From Candidatus Multivoradales bacterium (lineage in GTDB: Bacteria > Acidobacteriota > Thermoanaerobaculia > Multivoradales > Multivoraceae): a stretch of DNA of 64,000 bases. Made by a program: the position numbers and the translations under genes. This document shows, piece by piece, positions 1 to 9,893 of this stretch. The stretch is from assembly GCA_965223325.1 (NCBI GenBank), contig CBDCWI010000001.1:1344001-1408000 (forward strand). Reading direction: 5' to 3'. The notes under the pieces are model-generated. The model saw only the letters and a list, made by a program, of their open reading frames with translations, had not been told where the DNA came from and did no database searches. Each line of letters opens with the position of its first letter. Position 1 is the first letter of the stretch.

Positions 1-2
1 AG

Positions 3-230
3 CGCCAGTTCGGTGTCGACGTCCCCGGCGCCGTCAGCGTGAAGGTGCTCACCGAGTCGGCCGACACGGTCTACGTGGTGCTGCCGCACATCGTCGAGCA
101 GGGTGACGAGCTCTCCGACGCCGACCTCGAGGCGGTCGCCGGCGGCCACTCGATCATCAAGGAGGCCAACTGCCAGGACTCCGATGGTGCGCTCAACACC
201 GTCAACAACTTCGAGATGTCGCTGGTCTAG
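3..230 (+). CDS. NHLP (nitrile hydratase-like leader peptide) RiPP precursor, 5'-truncated by window edge
   Basis: Frame open from base 3: RQFGVDVPGAVSVKVLTESADTVYVVLP...ELSDADLEAVAGG|HSIIKEANCQDSDGALNTVNNFEMSLV. The 'E...tvyvvLP' and 'ELSDxxLExVAGG' double-glycine motifs are typical of NHLP leaders. Confidence 0.85.
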   Translation, partial: RQFGVDVPGAVSVKVLTESADTVYVVLPHIVEQGDELSDADLEAVAGGHSIIKEANCQDSDGALNTVNNFEMSLV

Positions 231-246
231 GTCGACGACTGAGGAC

Positions 247-300
247 GGCGGGTCGGCCTGGTCGACCCGCCACTCCTCGCCCCGTTTTCTGTTCTTTTCC
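247..300 (+). terminator. GC-rich hairpin with downstream pyrimidine tract after the precursor gene
   Basis: GGCGGGTCG (247-255) / CGACCCGCC (263-271) perfect inverted repeat; T-rich tract at about 284-300. Confidence 0.45.
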
Positions 301-410
301 CCGCACCTTTCTTGATCTGATTTCCCCGCTTTGCTTTCTAGTTTGACTTTCTAGTCCCTTCGCTTCGGAGCCACGCTCTTCTCACCTCATCAGGTTCCGA
401 AGCTTCTCGA

Positions 411-451
411 GCCCGGCGCGGCCCCTCAGCCGCTCCGGGCCTTTCTCTTTT
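411..451 (+). terminator. Intrinsic terminator-like hairpin
   Basis: GCCCGG-c-GCGGC / GCCGC-t-CCGGGC stem with a 6-nt loop, immediately followed by CTTTCTCTTTT. Confidence 0.55.
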
Positions 452-507
452 GTGCAGTTCTCGGCGAGCGAGCCCGCGCGCGCGGGGACCGGTACACTCC
501 GCGCACG

Positions 508-1452
508 ATGGGAATCCCACGAGGCAGTGCGCGCCTCTTGTTTCGCGAAGCTCGAGCACGCCCCTTCTCGGGCACGGTGCTGCAGCTCGGCCGGTCTTCG
601 ATCTACTTCACGGAGCGTGAGCTCGAGAACTGGGCCGCGCGTGATCGCTTCGCGCTCACGCCGCGTCGCGGAGAGGAACCTGCGGCACGACTCTCCCACG
701 ACCCGCGCCTCGCGGCCCTGGGCTGTATGGACGACCGGGCATTCTTCGAGCGCCTCGGCTTCGATGCGGTCGAGAGCAGCGACATCGAAGAATGGGAGGG
801 CGCCGATCACATCTTCGACCTCAACGACGAGCTCCCCGAACAACTCGTCGAGCGCTTCGATGCGGTGTTCGAGACCGGCACGATCGTGCAGATCTTCGAT
901 CTTCCACGGGTGCTCTCGAACCTGGCGCGTCTGGTCAAACCCGGCGGGCGGATCATTCACTGCGCCGTCCCGTCGAACAACCACATGGACCTCGGCTTCT
1001 ACATGCTCTGCCCGAGCTTCTTCGCCGACTTCTACTCGGCCAACGGCTGGCGCATCGAGTGCCACTGGCTGTGCGAGTACTACGCCTGGTGGCACGGCGG
1101 CAAGCTGCACTCTGACCGCTGGCGGGTCTATGAGTACACCCCCGGCGCTCTCGACGCACTGAGCTATGGGCGCTACGGCGGTGCCCAGGCGGCGACTTTC
1201 ATGGTGGCGACCAGGGTCGACGGGTCGACCGGAGACATAAGACCGCAACTCGGCCACTACCAAAGAGCGTGGCAGGACTTCGAAGATCAAGGAGGCGCCG
1301 ACGACGCGGTCGCCGGGCTCACCCGTGCCGGGGCGGCCGACAACATGTCGCCCGCCATGCTTCGTTTCACAGCGCCCTGGAAGCGCGTCGCCGAAACCGT
1401 CCGGCGCCGGCTACTACCGCGCCGCATGCCCAGACTCATCGCACGCGTTTGA
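508..1452 (+). CDS. Class I SAM-dependent methyltransferase-like protein
   Basis: VLQLG, DxxxxEGADHIFDLN, FDAVFETGT, LARLVKPGGRIIH motifs typical of methyltransferases in surface-glycan loci. Confidence 0.75.
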   Translation: MGIPRGSARLLFREARARPFSGTVLQLGRSSIYFTERELENWAARDRFALTPRRGEEPAARLSHDPRLAALGCMDDRAFFERLGFDAVESSDIEEWEGADHIFDLNDELPEQLVERFDAVFETGTIVQIFDLPRVLSNLARLVKPGGRIIHCAVPSNNHMDLGFYMLCPSFFADFYSANGWRIECHWLCEYYAWWHGGKLHSDRWRVYEYTPGALDALSYGRYGGAQAATFMVATRVDGSTGDIRPQLGHYQRAWQDFEDQGGADDAVAGLTRAGAADNMSPAMLRFTAPWKRVAETVRRRLLPRRMPRLIARV

Positions 1453-2374
1453 ACCAGAACGATCCGAAGTGGCTGTCGTAGTCGGGCGCCGCAAGCGGCC
1501 GGTAGCCACCCGGGATCGAACCGTCGAGGACTGAGGCGAGGAAGGCCTCGTCGTGGTGACGAATCATCGGTGGTGCGAGCCAGATCTCGAAGTCGTTGTT
1601 GAACGCCAGGAAAGCCTGCAGCAGCATCGCCTCCGTCCAGTAGCGTGGCCACTTTCCGTCGACGACGTTCTGCTGCACCGGGTGCGGCACGTTGTAGGGG
1701 AAGTGAACGTCGTGCGCATGAATGAGAACTCCCGGTGCAAGGCGCGGCACTACTTCGAGATAGAGGTGCGGTACGTCGCCGTCGATCTTGACCACGTGCG
1801 TCGAGTCGATGAACAAGACATCGCCCTCGGCGAGGCATGAAAACCAGTCCGGTGACACGTCCTGTACCGCCTCGCCGCGAACCTCGAGGCCCGGGATGGT
1901 GCGCACCCGGTCGCGCGCGAAGGGGTCGACGGCGATCATTTCGCACTCGTGACCTTCGGCGCGGTTCCGCTCCAGCGCCTGACTCGCCCACCAGGTGGAG
2001 AGACCCGAACCAATCTCGACGAAACGTCGAGGCCTTACGCCACGCAACACGAGATAGAGGAACTGGGAGTCGTGGAGGGTGAATCCCGGGCCGTATCCCA
2101 TGCGCTTCGTCTCGTCGTAGGACGGCAACGCTTCGAGCTCGGAGCCGAAACGCCGAGCGAGATCCCCGAGGCGCTCCTTCATTGCGTCGAGCTCCCAGCG
2201 AAGACCCGGTAGTTCACTCGGCCGGTCCCATCGGGCGCGGTTCCTCAGAACTTCGCTACGAGTTGGCAGCGGCGAGTAGTAGTCGGACGTCTTTGCCAGA
2301 TTGAAGCCGAGTGCTTCAAAGGCACGCACGCCCACGCGCAGGCCTGCCCGGTAGGCGCGACGAAGTGGATTCAC
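1436..2374 (-). CDS. Class I SAM-dependent methyltransferase (Methyltransf_24-like)
   Basis: [31 protein letters not shown] motifs. Start placed at GTG 2374, which overlaps the upstream stop (GTGA). Confidence 0.85.
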   Translation of the reverse strand: MNPLRRAYRAGLRVGVRAFEALGFNLAKTSDYYSPLPTRSEVLRNRARWDRPSELPGLRWELDAMKERLGDLARRFGSELEALPSYDETKRMGYGPGFTLHDSQFLYLVLRGVRPRRFVEIGSGLSTWWASQALERNRAEGHECEMIAVDPFARDRVRTIPGLEVRGEAVQDVSPDWFSCLAEGDVLFIDSTHVVKIDGDVPHLYLEVVPRLAPGVLIHAHDVHFPYNVPHPVQQNVVDGKWPRYWTEAMLLQAFLAFNNDFEIWLAPPMIRHHDEAFLASVLDGSIPGGYRPLAAPDYDSHFGSFWFKRVR

Positions 2375-3441
2375 GGGTTGGCGTCGGCAGCTGAGGCGGC
2401 GGCGTTCGTCCAACAGAGCGCGCGGTCGAGCCGACCCTCGTCCATCAGCTCTTCGAGCCGTTTGAGCCGCACATAGCGACTGCCCTCGAACTGCTCGAGC
2501 GTCAAGCCGATCTCCTGATACGCGGTATGGAGGCGTTTTGCAGCTCGCTCCGGATCCCACTGTGGGTCGAAGGCTGGAACAGCCACCCCGAGGGCATCGC
2601 AGTCGACACGGTAGGTGCGCTGGTCACCGCTGGCGCCTTCGGCGATTTCGACCTCGGTCCCTGGAACCGCCGCCGCGACAATGTCTGCCAACTCGCGGAT
2701 GCGGTAGTTGTGCTCCGTGCGGCCAACGTTGAAGGCGCGATCGAAGACCGCCTCACGATCTGCCTCGACGACCGCCAGGAAAGCCCGCGAAATGTCCTCG
2801 ACGTGCACGATCGGCCGCCAGGCCATGCCGTCGGAAAGCAGTCGCACGCGCCCGGTGGTATGTGCCCAGGCGACCAGGTTGTTGAGCACCAGGTCAAGCC
2901 GCAGGAGAGGCGCGAGACCGTAGGCGGTGGCGTTCCTGAGGTATGTGGGGGTAAAGCTCGGGTTGGCGAGCTCGGAGAGCGCCTGTTCGAGGCGCACCTT
3001 CTCGACTCCGTAGGGCGTGACGGGGTTGAGCTCGGCCGACTCGTCGAGAAAATCGTCGCCGGCAGCGCCGTAGGAACTGCATGACGACGAGAACACAAAA
3101 CGCGGCACTCCCGCCCCGCGCGCCAGCTCCGCGAGCCGTAGCGAGGCGCTGTAGTTGATCTCCGTGGTGAGCTCGGCGTTGAGGTTGCCGAGCGGATCGT
3201 TCGACAGTGCTGCCAGGTGAACGACCGCATCGAAGCCCTCGAGATCACCAACCTCGACCTGGCGGATGTCTTTCGGGGTTCCTTCGCGGCCCGGGCCGGC
3301 TTCGTCGGCGGCGCCCTCGGGAAGGGCGCAGTCGACGAACCATCCGGCGTCGAGCCCTGTGACGTCGTGGCCGGCGCGTTGGAAGAGCGGCACAAGAACG
3401 CTGCCGATATAACCGGTGTGACCGGTGACGAGAACTCGCAT
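2371..3441 (-). CDS. NAD-dependent nucleotide-sugar epimerase/dehydratase (extended SDR)
   Basis: N-terminal [32 protein letters not shown] (YxxxK). Confidence 0.92.
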   Translation of the reverse strand: MRVLVTGHTGYIGSVLVPLFQRAGHDVTGLDAGWFVDCALPEGAADEAGPGREGTPKDIRQVEVGDLEGFDAVVHLAALSNDPLGNLNAELTTEINYSASLRLAELARGAGVPRFVFSSSCSSYGAAGDDFLDESAELNPVTPYGVEKVRLEQALSELANPSFTPTYLRNATAYGLAPLLRLDLVLNNLVAWAHTTGRVRLLSDGMAWRPIVHVEDISRAFLAVVEADREAVFDRAFNVGRTEHNYRIRELADIVAAAVPGTEVEIAEGASGDQRTYRVDCDALGVAVPAFDPQWDPERAAKRLHTAYQEIGLTLEQFEGSRYVRLKRLEELMDEGRLDRALCWTNAAASAADANP

Positions 3442-3447
3442 GACGTT

Positions 3448-4653
3448 TCAGTTTCCTTGGACGGTGCCGAAGTTTGCCGCGACAATGGCCAGGTCGCTGC
3501 CGTCGATCGCGAGATCGTCGTTGAGGTCGGCACGCTGGTCCCAACGCGAACCGTTGAGATCGGCACCGAAGGCCAGGCCGAGCAGGATGAGGTCGATGCC
3601 GTCAACGCGACCGTCGCCATCGACATCGCCTCCGAACCCACCACCGACAGCGTCGGTACGGAACTCGGTGATCGCGCGGTCGAAAACGTTGGCCGGGGTG
3701 TCCAGGTCAGCGGCGCGCAGGCTGACGTTGACCGTACCGCTCCACGGTACCGGCGGCTCGTGCTGAATGGTGACATTGCGCGTCGTACCAACGACGGTGC
3801 TCTCGACGATCTGCCCGTCGATCCGCAGCTCGACCGTCGCCATGTCGATGCCGGCGCCGAAGTCCCAGATCTGCACGGTCACCGGAGTGATGTCAGGTAC
3901 CTCGACGGCCTTGTTTTCCGGGCTGATAACGGACGGCACTGGCGGCACGTTGTCGAGACCCTGGAGAACGTCGGCGAAGGTGCGGGCCATCAGGTCGTAG
4001 CCCTGCGGGTTGGGATGGCCAACAGCATCTTCGCTGGCGGGAACCGGGTCGTACAGCGACTGTAGATCGCCCCGGGTAATCCACACCTCGTAGTTATCCA
4101 CCAGGTCGCGCCCTTCGCCACCGGCAATCTCGCGGATCCCACGCACGACGCGGTCGGTGAGCACATTGTCGCTGTCTTGCCGGGCGCTCTCGCGGCGCGG
4201 AATCGGGCTGGCGTGCACGACTGCCATTCCGCGGTTGGTCGCGCGGTTCGCGAGCTCACGCAAGTTGAAGATCGTCGACTCGAGAGACAGCCCCGAACCC
4301 CTCTGCACGTCGTTGGTTCCCAACATCAGAAGGAGCACATCGCCGTCGGCATCGGCGAGGACCGAGTTGATGACCTCGAGCGCCTCTGCCGTGTTGTCAC
4401 CTTCCGTCCCGTAGTTGAGGACGGTGGCGTTGGTGAGCAGCGCTTCGAGCCGTCTCGGATAACCGGCGTCCGGACCGAGCGGTACCGAGTCGCCAGTGCC
4501 GGCCGTGATGCTGTCGCCAAAGGCGACGTAGACCGTCTGCGCGCTCAGGGTAGCACCGCAAACCAGGCCGACGAGGAGCGCCACCATCACGTACCGAACG
4601 GGCAGCGAGCGTTGGGCTCCTGGTAGCAAGCGACAGATGGCGGTAGCGTTCAT
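3448..4653 (-). CDS. Exported SGNH/GDSL hydrolase with beta-rich middle domain and C-terminal dockerin-like double Ca-binding repeat
   Basis: Signal-like segment, AFGDSIT, LGTND, DAVGHP; tail GDVDGDGRVDGIDL...ADLNDDLAIDGSDL. Start codon uncertain. Confidence 0.85.
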   Translation of the reverse strand: MNATAICRLLPGAQRSLPVRYVMVALLVGLVCGATLSAQTVYVAFGDSITAGTGDSVPLGPDAGYPRRLEALLTNATVLNYGTEGDNTAEALEVINSVLADADGDVLLLMLGTNDVQRGSGLSLESTIFNLRELANRATNRGMAVVHASPIPRRESARQDSDNVLTDRVVRGIREIAGGEGRDLVDNYEVWITRGDLQSLYDPVPASEDAVGHPNPQGYDLMARTFADVLQGLDNVPPVPSVISPENKAVEVPDITPVTVQIWDFGAGIDMATVELRIDGQIVESTVVGTTRNVTIQHEPPVPWSGTVNVSLRAADLDTPANVFDRAITEFRTDAVGGGFGGDVDGDGRVDGIDLILLGLAFGADLNGSRWDQRADLNDDLAIDGSDLAIVAANFGTVQGN

Positions 4654-4808
4654 GATCTCGGTTGTCACAGTGCGCCCCGTCCGCAGGAAAACCTGAGGAG
4701 GGCATGAGACGCTCCTCGAGGGCTCTCTTCCAGTGCTCTCCTGAAGGCCGTTCGAAACGGCCGCTGGGCGATGGGCGCAACGCTTCAGATTCTACCGTTG
4801 TCGAACTC

Positions 4809-5609
4809 ATGACCACATTGCATTTTCTCGGTACCAACGGCTTCTACCCTTCGAGAAGCCGCCAAACCATGTGCTTTCTGCTCCGTGACAGCGGCCGCGC
4901 CCTCTTGCTCGACGCTGGGAGCGGGCTCGGGCGGTTGTTTTCGAACGACCTGACGGCCGACCTGCTCGTCGGAACAAAGCGGCTAGATGTTCTGCTCACG
5001 CACTACCACCTCGACCACATCATGGGCCTGGTCACCCTTTCCCATGCCTGGCAGGGAGACCTGGTGATTCACGGCCCCGAGGCTCCGCTGGTCGACGTAA
5101 GGAGCGCCCCGAAGGCACTCGAACGCCTCATCGCCCCGCCGCTCTTTCCCGTGTGCCTGGACGACTTCGCCTCTCAACCCGAAGTGCGCGGCTACGGCGG
5201 ACCGGAGGTGTGCGCCGCCGGCTTCGCTTTCCAGACGCGGCGGCAGAAGCACCCGGGTGGTTCGGTCGGCCTGCGGTTGGATGACCGACTGGCCTACATC
5301 ACCGACACCGCCGGCGACCCAGAGACGACGGTCTTCGCAAGAGGCGTACGGACTCTTCTCCACGAGGTCTGGGTCACCGCCGCCGAGGGCGAGCGAAACC
5401 CTCTTCTGCTGAGCGGCCACGCATCGACCGTCCAGGTCGCCGAGATCGCTCGTGCGGCTGGCGTCGAGCGATTGTTTCCGGTCCACCACCGGCCGGGTCG
5501 CAGCGACTCCGATCTCGAAGCCATCGTCCAGGAAATCAGAGAGGCGGGCGCGCCGCCAACCGAACTCGTGCTCGAGGGAGAGCACCGCGAGGTGGGGCTC
5601 AGGACTTAA
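4809..5609 (+). CDS. MBL-fold metallo-hydrolase (RNase Z-like)
   Basis: LHFLGTNG, LLDAGSG, THYHLDH, YITDT, GHAS, PVHH. ATG at 4809. Confidence 0.88.
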   Translation: MTTLHFLGTNGFYPSRSRQTMCFLLRDSGRALLLDAGSGLGRLFSNDLTADLLVGTKRLDVLLTHYHLDHIMGLVTLSHAWQGDLVIHGPEAPLVDVRSAPKALERLIAPPLFPVCLDDFASQPEVRGYGGPEVCAAGFAFQTRRQKHPGGSVGLRLDDRLAYITDTAGDPETTVFARGVRTLLHEVWVTAAEGERNPLLLSGHASTVQVAEIARAAGVERLFPVHHRPGRSDSDLEAIVQEIREAGAPPTELVLEGEHREVGLRT

Positions 5610-6330
5610 ACAGCGCGTGAGCGCGCGCCAGATCCTCGGGGGTTCCGACGTCGAGCACGCGGCCCGCTTCGAAGCACACGGCAGTAGGCGATCCGCCGGT
5701 CTGGATCTCGCGCCGCAGCAGATCACCAACGTAGAGCTCGGCGCTCGCTCCGGTCTCGAGGTTCTCGGTCATACGCTTGGCGGTCCGAGAACCGAGGAGT
5801 GCTATCGACCAGGTGAAGGCCAAGCCCCGGTCGGGCTGTTTGATGACGAAGTCCCGCGGGCGCCCTCCTTCGTCCAGAACCACCATGTCGCTCTTCTCGG
5901 GCCGGTCGCAGGGGAAAAGTCCCAGGACCAGACCGTCTTCGGTCATGGGTTCCTTCCGCAGGGCGGCGAAGGCGTCGCTGGGCTGGAAGAGAATGTCGGG
6001 GAAGGCCAGGGCAGCGGTGCGGCTCCCGAGGCGTGCGAAGGCGACCGCCAGGGTGTGCGGCACGCTCGGGGTGGGCGGGGTCTTCAGCCACTCGACCTCG
6101 ACCCCGAAGCGCCGGCCATCGCCAATCGCGGTTACGAGATCGGTCTTCTCGGGCCGGACGATGACCATCGCCCGGTGGATCCCACCCTCTGCCAGGCGTT
6201 CGAGGAGGTGGGCCATGAGGGGTCGACCGTCGAGCTCCAGGGCTTCCTTCGAGCCCCTGGGCCCGAGCTCACCGGCAAGGCGGGTCGCACGCCCGGCGGC
6301 CGGCAGTACGGCCACGATCTGCTCACTCAC
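5599..6330 (-). CDS. Sugar-phosphate nucleotidyltransferase (RmlA-like)
   Basis: LPAAGRATRL...SKE, FPD, DVGTPEDL motifs. Confidence 0.85.
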   Translation of the reverse strand: MSEQIVAVLPAAGRATRLAGELGPRGSKEALELDGRPLMAHLLERLAEGGIHRAMVIVRPEKTDLVTAIGDGRRFGVEVEWLKTPPTPSVPHTLAVAFARLGSRTAALAFPDILFQPSDAFAALRKEPMTEDGLVLGLFPCDRPEKSDMVVLDEGGRPRDFVIKQPDRGLAFTWSIALLGSRTAKRMTENLETGASAELYVGDLLRREIQTGGSPTAVCFEAGRVLDVGTPEDLARAHALFKS

Positions 6331-6368
6331 GGGGTTGCACCCGGCGCTGGCCTTTGTCGCCGGGCCAA

Positions 6369-6926
6369 GTGAGCGATAGCCTGCACTTCATGCCGAGCAC
6401 TCTCTCCGCCGACTTCAAGCGGCTGGCCGACTACCGAGAACGCCATTCGCTGTTGTTCTTTCTCGAAACCGCGCTGTTTGACAACGGTTTTCAGGCGGTG
6501 ATGATGCACCGCATTGCCCATCGCCTCAAGCGTTGGCGTATTCCCGGAATGGCGCCGCTGGTGGCGAGGCTCAATATCGCGATGACCGGCGTCGACATCT
6601 CTCCGCGCGCCGAGATCGGCCCGGGTCTTGTGATCAGTCACGGCGTCGGCCTGGTGATCGGCGGCAGCGTGACGATCGGGAAGAACGCCCTTCTCCACCA
6701 CGGGGTAACGGTGGGTGCCCCCACCCCAGGACGCATCGTCCAGATGCCGACTATCGGAGACGACGTCGTCCTCGGAACTGGCGCCACGGTGATCGGACCG
6801 GTGACCATCGGCGACGGTGCCTTCATCGGTGCCGGTGTTCTCTTGACGCGCGACGTTCCAGAGTGCGCCAAAGTGACCGTCGCCGGTGAGCCGCACATCG
6901 AGGTCGCCACCGATGAGTCGAGTTGA
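6369..6926 (+). CDS. Serine O-acetyltransferase-like left-handed beta-helix acyltransferase
   Basis: HRIAH, TGVDISPRAEIGPGLVISHG, hexapeptide repeats, PTIGDDV. Start GTG 6369 or ATG 6390. Confidence 0.85.
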   Translation: MSDSLHFMPSTLSADFKRLADYRERHSLLFFLETALFDNGFQAVMMHRIAHRLKRWRIPGMAPLVARLNIAMTGVDISPRAEIGPGLVISHGVGLVIGGSVTIGKNALLHHGVTVGAPTPGRIVQMPTIGDDVVLGTGATVIGPVTIGDGAFIGAGVLLTRDVPECAKVTVAGEPHIEVATDESS

Positions 6927-6934
6927 GCTCGCGG

Positions 6935-8353
6935 CTACTCGACGAGGTGCCATTCAGTTTGTCGACCGCCCAGGTAGTGCACATCTTCGCCGTCGAATAC
7001 GGCGCCCTGCTCGAGCTTGATCAGCACTGGCCCATTCCAACTTTCGAGTGCGACCTTGGCATTGCCTTCGATCGCATAGGTGGTGTTCGCATGGAGCGGC
7101 CAGTCGCCGCGCACCGGGGTATCGCCCTGGTTATCCCACATGCCGATCGTCGGCCCGACCGAGTGGCCGAAAACGCCGAGCGGATGGGTGTAGGTCATCG
7201 TGCTGAGACCCTCGGCCTGGGCGTCACGAATGGTGCCGGCGAGAATCTCGTTGCCGGTGCGGCCGAGCTCGTAGTTGCTGGTCAAGATGTCCTGCCAGCG
7301 GTTGCCATCTGAAAGAGCGCGCACCAACTCCGCCGGCACCTCGGTTTCGCCGAGACGCATGACGTAGCCCATCTCCTGGTTGTCGGTGCAAAGCCTCAGG
7401 TAGCAGATCCCGACATCGGTGTGCAGCACGTCGCCACGCTCGATGACCACGTCGCCACTCTCGCCACAGAAGGTGTCGTGGTCGCATTCGAACTCGGCAC
7501 GTTGGACGTCGACCGACGGTTGAAACCAGATCGGCAGCTCGAGTTCGGAGAAACGCTCCCTGATGTACCAGGCGACGTCGGCAGCGGTCGTGGCACCCGG
7601 AGTGACCACCTGTTCGGAGAACGCCTCGGCGATCACACGCCGGGCGATCGACACGATGTGCGGAAAGACCTCGAGCTCGAGCTCACTGCGGGTCTCGATC
7701 CAACGCACGACCAGGTCTTCGGCCGGAACCACGCGCCCCTTCAGCCCCGGTGGCAGAACTTCGATCAAGCGCTCGTGCAGGCCGTGGGTCAAGCCGTCGG
7801 CCACTGGCCAGTGGCGACTCGTGTTGATCGCAATGCGTTTCGGGTCACGCTCGGCGATCAACGCGCCCAACGCCCGCCACTGGTCTTCGAGGTCGCCGCC
7901 CTCCCAGGCCGCTTCATAGAGGCGCCCGAACGGATAGCGGTTGACTGAAAGGCGATCGACACCGGCCTCTTCGCCGCGATCGTGGAACACCAGCATCGTG
8001 GTGCGCCGCGCCGCGAAGACCGGCTCTGGCACCAGGCTCCAGAACACAGGGTCTTCCGCGTACTCCCGGTTGATGACCACCCACATGTCGATTTCGGTGT
8101 CGCGCATCAGGCGCGGCAACAGGTTGACCAGGCGATCTTCGAGAATGCGGTTGACCACCTCGACCCGTTCGCGGTGGCGCAGGATCTTGGGCATTTCCGT
8201 CACCACACGCCCTTCGCGATGCTCGCGCGCGTTGACCTCAGGGCGCTCGCCATCATCGGCTGCCACTGCCGGTGTCGGAAGGACTGCCGCACTGACCAGC
8301 ACGACAAACCATGCGCTCGAAAACAATAGGGAACTTCTGGATGCCGACATCAT
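6935..8353 (-). CDS. Exported M24 family (Xaa-Pro aminopeptidase-like) metallopeptidase
   Basis: Signal peptide; GDVLHTDVG, TDNQ, THPLG, H, AIE metal ligands; GGAGG RBS. Confidence 0.88.
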   Translation of the reverse strand: MMSASRSSLLFSSAWFVVLVSAAVLPTPAVAADDGERPEVNAREHREGRVVTEMPKILRHRERVEVVNRILEDRLVNLLPRLMRDTEIDMWVVINREYAEDPVFWSLVPEPVFAARRTTMLVFHDRGEEAGVDRLSVNRYPFGRLYEAAWEGGDLEDQWRALGALIAERDPKRIAINTSRHWPVADGLTHGLHERLIEVLPPGLKGRVVPAEDLVVRWIETRSELELEVFPHIVSIARRVIAEAFSEQVVTPGATTAADVAWYIRERFSELELPIWFQPSVDVQRAEFECDHDTFCGESGDVVIERGDVLHTDVGICYLRLCTDNQEMGYVMRLGETEVPAELVRALSDGNRWQDILTSNYELGRTGNEILAGTIRDAQAEGLSTMTYTHPLGVFGHSVGPTIGMWDNQGDTPVRGDWPLHANTTYAIEGNAKVALESWNGPVLIKLEQGAVFDGEDVHYLGGRQTEWHLVE

Positions 8354-8490
8354 GCACCTCCGTTGACAGAAACGAACTCAAGGTCGGGAATGCCGGCATC
8401 CTACGGCACTCTTCGTTACTACGGAGAGAATCGGCAGGCACGCCCTGGGGAGCGGCGGCCTATCGACGACCAGAGGTGTACGACCCGGGA

Positions 8491-9591
8491 TCAGGTCATG
8501 GTGCCGATGGCAGGCCCCTCGTAGCGACCATGCTCACGGCGAAGGCTGTTCTCGGTAGCCTCCAAGCGTTCGGCCAACTCCGCGCGGTCGAGCAAGAGTG
8601 ACGCGAGTCGCGCACCTTCTTCCAGGATGTCGGTGTGCTCGATCTTTCCGTTGAGCGTCACGTCGCCATAGAGCACCAGGAAGGCCGCGCCGCTCGCAAA
8701 CAGCGGGACCGCCATGGTTTCGAACGGCAAGTCACCGCCCAGCCGGTCGAAGATCGACTGTTCGAGATCGTTGCCGAGGGGGGCCTGGCGGACCAACCGC
8801 CCCGCCTGCAGTGCGTGGTTGAGAATCGAGGGTGGCGCGGTGGGAATCGACAGGTCGCCGAGATCGAAGGCTACCTCTTCAGCCTGGCCGAGGCCGGCAG
8901 AGGCAAACCCCCGTAGGCCGTCGGCCGAACAGAAGAACAGCGCTGCCCGATCGACGAAACGCAGCGCGAAAGGCAGCAACTGCCAGGCCACCTCTTGCGG
9001 GTCGCAGGCCGTTCGCAGGCTGCGCGAAAGGTGAAAGTAGGCGTTGAGATGGCCAGCCCGCGACGCACCCACGTCATCCCAGCGCGCCTGCGCTCCCGAG
9101 GCCGTCACATCTACCTCGGTTGTCCCGAGGATCGGACCGAGGGGAATCGCCTCGCCGACCTGCAGGTGCACTTCCAGGGGCTCGAAAGAGTAGTGCCCCG
9201 AGTGCCAGGTCATGACCTGCTCGAGCAACTCCTCGACTTGAATGCGCAGCGCACGCGTCAGGTCGGGCTCGGCAACGTCGGCGGTCGCGCGCAGCAAGAA
9301 GCCGAGTTTGTGGCCGCCCGACGAGCGCTCCTGGCGGTCGAGAGCACGGTCGAGTGACGCGCGGGTCACCAGCGCCCGGCTCAGGAGAACCTCGCCCAGC
9401 AGCTGACGCTTCCACGACGTCCAGGTGTCTGCGACCTTTCCCTTGCTCACCAGCATGGTGGCCTGGCGACCCGGGCCCGTGAGCGTCAGCTTGCCGCTAC
9501 GCCCGCTCTGAACCAACTGTTCGAGCACCTGCCGGACGCGGCCGGCGTTCAGAACACCGCGGTAGATCATGACCTCCTCCAAGCCTGCCAT
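8491..9591 (-). CDS. DUF4388-like domain + MshEN-like helices + GAF-like domain protein
   Basis: YRGxL...LEQL...RSGKLTL...GKV, WHSGHYSF (DUF4388); C-terminal DRAALF...AVPL...VLYGD (GAF-like); AGGAGG RBS. Confidence 0.75.
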   Translation of the reverse strand: MAGLEEVMIYRGVLNAGRVRQVLEQLVQSGRSGKLTLTGPGRQATMLVSKGKVADTWTSWKRQLLGEVLLSRALVTRASLDRALDRQERSSGGHKLGFLLRATADVAEPDLTRALRIQVEELLEQVMTWHSGHYSFEPLEVHLQVGEAIPLGPILGTTEVDVTASGAQARWDDVGASRAGHLNAYFHLSRSLRTACDPQEVAWQLLPFALRFVDRAALFFCSADGLRGFASAGLGQAEEVAFDLGDLSIPTAPPSILNHALQAGRLVRQAPLGNDLEQSIFDRLGGDLPFETMAVPLFASGAAFLVLYGDVTLNGKIEHTDILEEGARLASLLLDRAELAERLEATENSLRREHGRYEGPAIGTMT

Positions 9592-9810
9592 CGAACGCCG
9601 TCACCTCCTGTGCTCAGGGACCATGGATCGAGATGACGGTCGCCCCGACACCTACCGGGTTATTCAACGAGTGTGCCAACGGATTCTTTCACGATAACAA
9701 TTCACAACAAGTATCCAGGCCTTTCGATCTATCTCAATGCGTCATTGCGCACTTCAAGGGAGGACCTGCGCGTTGTCCCATCACCGCCACACCGTTCCCA
9801 TTCGGACCAC

Positions 9811-9893
9811 GGGACCCGGGTGGGGTCCCGGGTGACGACCCGGGTGGGGGCCCGGGTGGGGACCCGGGTGGGGGCCGGGCGGGGGCCCGGGTG
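9811..9893. repeat. Tandem 12-bp G-rich repeat, consensus GGGACCCGGGTG, 7 units
   Basis: Units start at 9811, 9823, 9835, 9847, 9859, 9871 (11 bp) and 9882; abuts the SPFH stop codon. Confidence 0.9.

Noticed and set aside
9811-9893. Repeat array as CRISPR
   Set aside because: 12-bp units with no unique spacers and no cas genes.
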